From IMG/VR virus record IMGVR_UViG_3300022660_000072: a stretch of DNA of 64,000 nt. One strand, written 5' to 3'. The position numbers were made by a program, and so were the translations under genes. Shown here piece after piece: positions 62,092 to 64,000 of the stretch. The notes under the pieces were generated by a model. That model was not told the origin of the DNA and did not search any database. It worked only from the letters and a program-made list of their open reading frames with translations. The stretch comes from an uncultured virus (IMG/VR IMGVR_UViG_3300022660_000072). Its lineage: Duplodnaviria; Heunggongvirae; Uroviricota; Caudoviricetes. Numbering within the stretch: the first letter of the stretch is position 1; each line of letters starts with the position of its first letter.

Positions 62092-62519
62092 TACTGTCAG
62101 AAATCGAAATAAAGGAGGCGTTCTTTACGCTCATTAAAGCATCCGAACTGTCAAGGATGATCAGTGGTTCTGTCTACAGAGACAGACGCCCTCTCAATTC
62201 CAAGGTAGAGGATGTAGTCATTTCGGTTCTTGCTACAGGAGCAGGTCAGATTCAGCCTTTCATACTCAATATCAATGTCTATGTTCCGGACATCAAGAGA
62301 GGAAAAGAGTTCATATACAACGATGACAGAGTCAAGCCGCTTATGAGAAAGTGTCTTGACATCCTTGAAGAAGGAGTAGTTGTCTATGCTTCAGACGAAA
62401 CCGGAAGACAGGAATTCGGATTAAGGTACAAGCTTGAGTCTCAAAAGCTGTACGAAGTCAACGGAGAAGATTTCCACGCAATCAATCATAAGATTCGTGT
62501 GAATGTATGCACGGAGTAA
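62088..62519 (+). CDS. Tail terminator protein (putative)
   Basis: Position; NINVYVPD. Confidence 0.6.
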   Translation: MILSEIEIKEAFFTLIKASELSRMISGSVYRDRRPLNSKVEDVVISVLATGAGQIQPFILNINVYVPDIKRGKEFIYNDDRVKPLMRKCLDILEEGVVVYASDETGRQEFGLRYKLESQKLYEVNGEDFHAINHKIRVNVCTE

Positions 62520-62544
62520 GTAATCAAAAAAAGTAAGTTTTACT

Positions 62545-63045
62545 ATGGCAGTTATCGGTTGGGGAAGACCCACTATCGTAATCTCGAAGCTTGATGCAAG
62601 CGGAGAGCCTACCACATGGTCAGAGGTTCCTACACCTGCTGAGGATACTACAAGCCTCACTACCACCAAAGGCGACAAGACAGAAGCAAAGCTTGAGGGT
62701 GGTGCCAACGAGGATGTAAAGTACGGAAGAAACACATACGCACTCGCATATCAGATTCGTGTTGCAAAGGGCAAGACAATGCCTTTCGCTGCACTTGATG
62801 GTGTTGTTGAAGGTGAGTATGCTGTAGCTGTTCAGCCGGAGGACCCTACTGTTCCTGGTATCATGATCAAGAAGTCTGTTGTTTCAGCAGAGGATACCTA
62901 TTCAACAGCAGAGGGTGGAGCAATTGTCTACACTCACGATGCTCTGCAGCCTAACGAAGGCTCTCAGGTTGAGTGGGGTGTTGTCACTATCGAAAGAGGT
63001 GCAGACGGAAAGTCTATCACGTCTGTTTCACAGGCTAAGGCATAA
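62545..63045 (+). CDS. Major tail tube protein
   Basis: WGRP, P.EDTT.LTT.KGDK.EA..EGG; position. Confidence 0.75.
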   Translation: MAVIGWGRPTIVISKLDASGEPTTWSEVPTPAEDTTSLTTTKGDKTEAKLEGGANEDVKYGRNTYALAYQIRVAKGKTMPFAALDGVVEGEYAVAVQPEDPTVPGIMIKKSVVSAEDTYSTAEGGAIVYTHDALQPNEGSQVEWGVVTIERGADGKSITSVSQAKA

Positions 63046-63123
63046 GGCTATGCGACAGGCTTAATTGTCGCACATGTGGAGAGAGGACTGACCCCCTCTC
63101 TCTACGCCAATAGTAAAAAGGCA

Positions 63124-63828
63124 ATGGAATCAAGAGAGATATACAACGAATTAACAGATGCCATTATAGAGCGCCCTATCGCTTTTTCAGTTGGCAAAGA
63201 AAGGATGAATCTATTCCATGCAAGCCTTGGCAAGATGTATCTTGTTGCCAGGCTTCTTGATTCCATGAAAGTAAGTCAGCAGAGACTTTCGGAAGACCCC
63301 TTTTCAGAAGCAGCACGTCTGTGTCGTTTCAGTAGGGAGAATGTAGTAAGGCTTATCTCATTCTATACAGTCAAAGACAAAGAAGACCATTTCGACAATG
63401 AGCTGATTGAGCATAGATGCTCGATCTTGTCAACCCTTGATGACAAGGAGTTGGCGACTTTGCTTATGATGGTACTCACTCAAGACAGCTCTGACAGATT
63501 CATCAAGGAGTACGGCATTGACAAGGAAAGACAGTTGGTTCAGAAGATTGTCAGATACAAGAGAGACAAGGGCAATCTGTCTTTCGGTGGCAAGACTGTT
63601 TACGGCACCTTGATTGACTCCGCATGTGAGCGATATGGCTGGTCCTTTGACTACGTTGTATGGGGAATATCTTACACCAACCTCAGAATGATTACCGCCG
63701 ATTCAGTGGTTTCTATGTATCTAAGCAAGGATGACATGAAGAAACTCCATGTGTCGGCTGACAGGGAAGTTATTAATGCTTCCGATCCGAAGAATTTCGA
63801 GAAAATCAAAGCAATGTTGGAGGAGTAG
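63124..63828 (+). CDS. Tail assembly chaperone (putative)
   Basis: Between tail tube and tape measure; FGG.T.YG.LID.AC.RYGW..DYVVW.ISY.NL. Confidence 0.6.
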   Translation: MESREIYNELTDAIIERPIAFSVGKERMNLFHASLGKMYLVARLLDSMKVSQQRLSEDPFSEAARLCRFSRENVVRLISFYTVKDKEDHFDNELIEHRCSILSTLDDKELATLLMMVLTQDSSDRFIKEYGIDKERQLVQKIVRYKRDKGNLSFGGKTVYGTLIDSACERYGWSFDYVVWGISYTNLRMITADSVVSMYLSKDDMKKLHVSADREVINASDPKNFEKIKAMLEE

Positions 63829-63831
63829 TCT

Positions 63832-64000
63832 ATGGCAGGTTTGGAGTTTCATATCACAGCAGACAATAGAGACTTTCTCAACAAGGTTCGTCAGGTGCAG
63901 GATAAGGTTTCTGAGACCACGAAGAAAGTAGAGAAAGAAGGCAATGAAATGGAGGCTATCTTCAAGAAGCTTGGAAGTGGGATAGCTTCACTTGGAGCAG
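63832..64000 (+). CDS. Tape measure protein, N-terminus (3'-truncated)
   Basis: MAGLEFHITADNRDFLNKV... typical start; frame open to window end. Confidence 0.7.
   Translation, partial: MAGLEFHITADNRDFLNKVRQVQDKVSETTKKVEKEGNEMEAIFKKLGSGIASLGA

Noticed and set aside
63046..63828. Programmed frameshift in the tail assembly chaperone
   Set aside because: A single ORF runs up to the tape measure start; no second-frame extension needed
1..64000. Stop-codon reassignment
   Set aside because: Conserved genes are intact in the standard code and end with TAA, TAG and TGA; no suppressor tRNA

Overview
About 64 kb of a temperate, long-tailed (siphovirus-type) phage of a Bacteroidales host, judged from TAnnTTTG promoters, few Shine-Dalgarno sequences and Bacteroidetes-phage gene families. 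It is probably the excised or virion form, because an apparently intact attP lies beside the integrase with phage genes on both sides. Gene order: tail fibre end; lysis (holin, amidase, u-spanin) with an inserted Acb2/Tad1-like gene; a DnaA-C-HTH gene plus a six-gene operon of unknown function; attP, integrase and immunity switch; recombination and replication genes; about 20 kb of small accessory genes; a PIG-L/ATP-grasp/PSD-like/ParB/glycosyltransferase operon; tRNA-Ser; terminase and portal; a MuF-ADP-ribosyltransferase with a neighbouring ADP-ribosylhydrolase; a 9.5 kb island of small genes inside the head module; then capsid, neck and tail genes. The strongest leads are the modification operon, the ART/ARH writer-eraser pair, a six-copy non-canonical promoter, an operator shared by the immunity switch and late promoters, a structured antisense ncRNA, the pervasive AGTAAGTTATG start motif and an RpoB-insert look-alike. 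All protein calls come from motif recognition by eye; no database searches were run.
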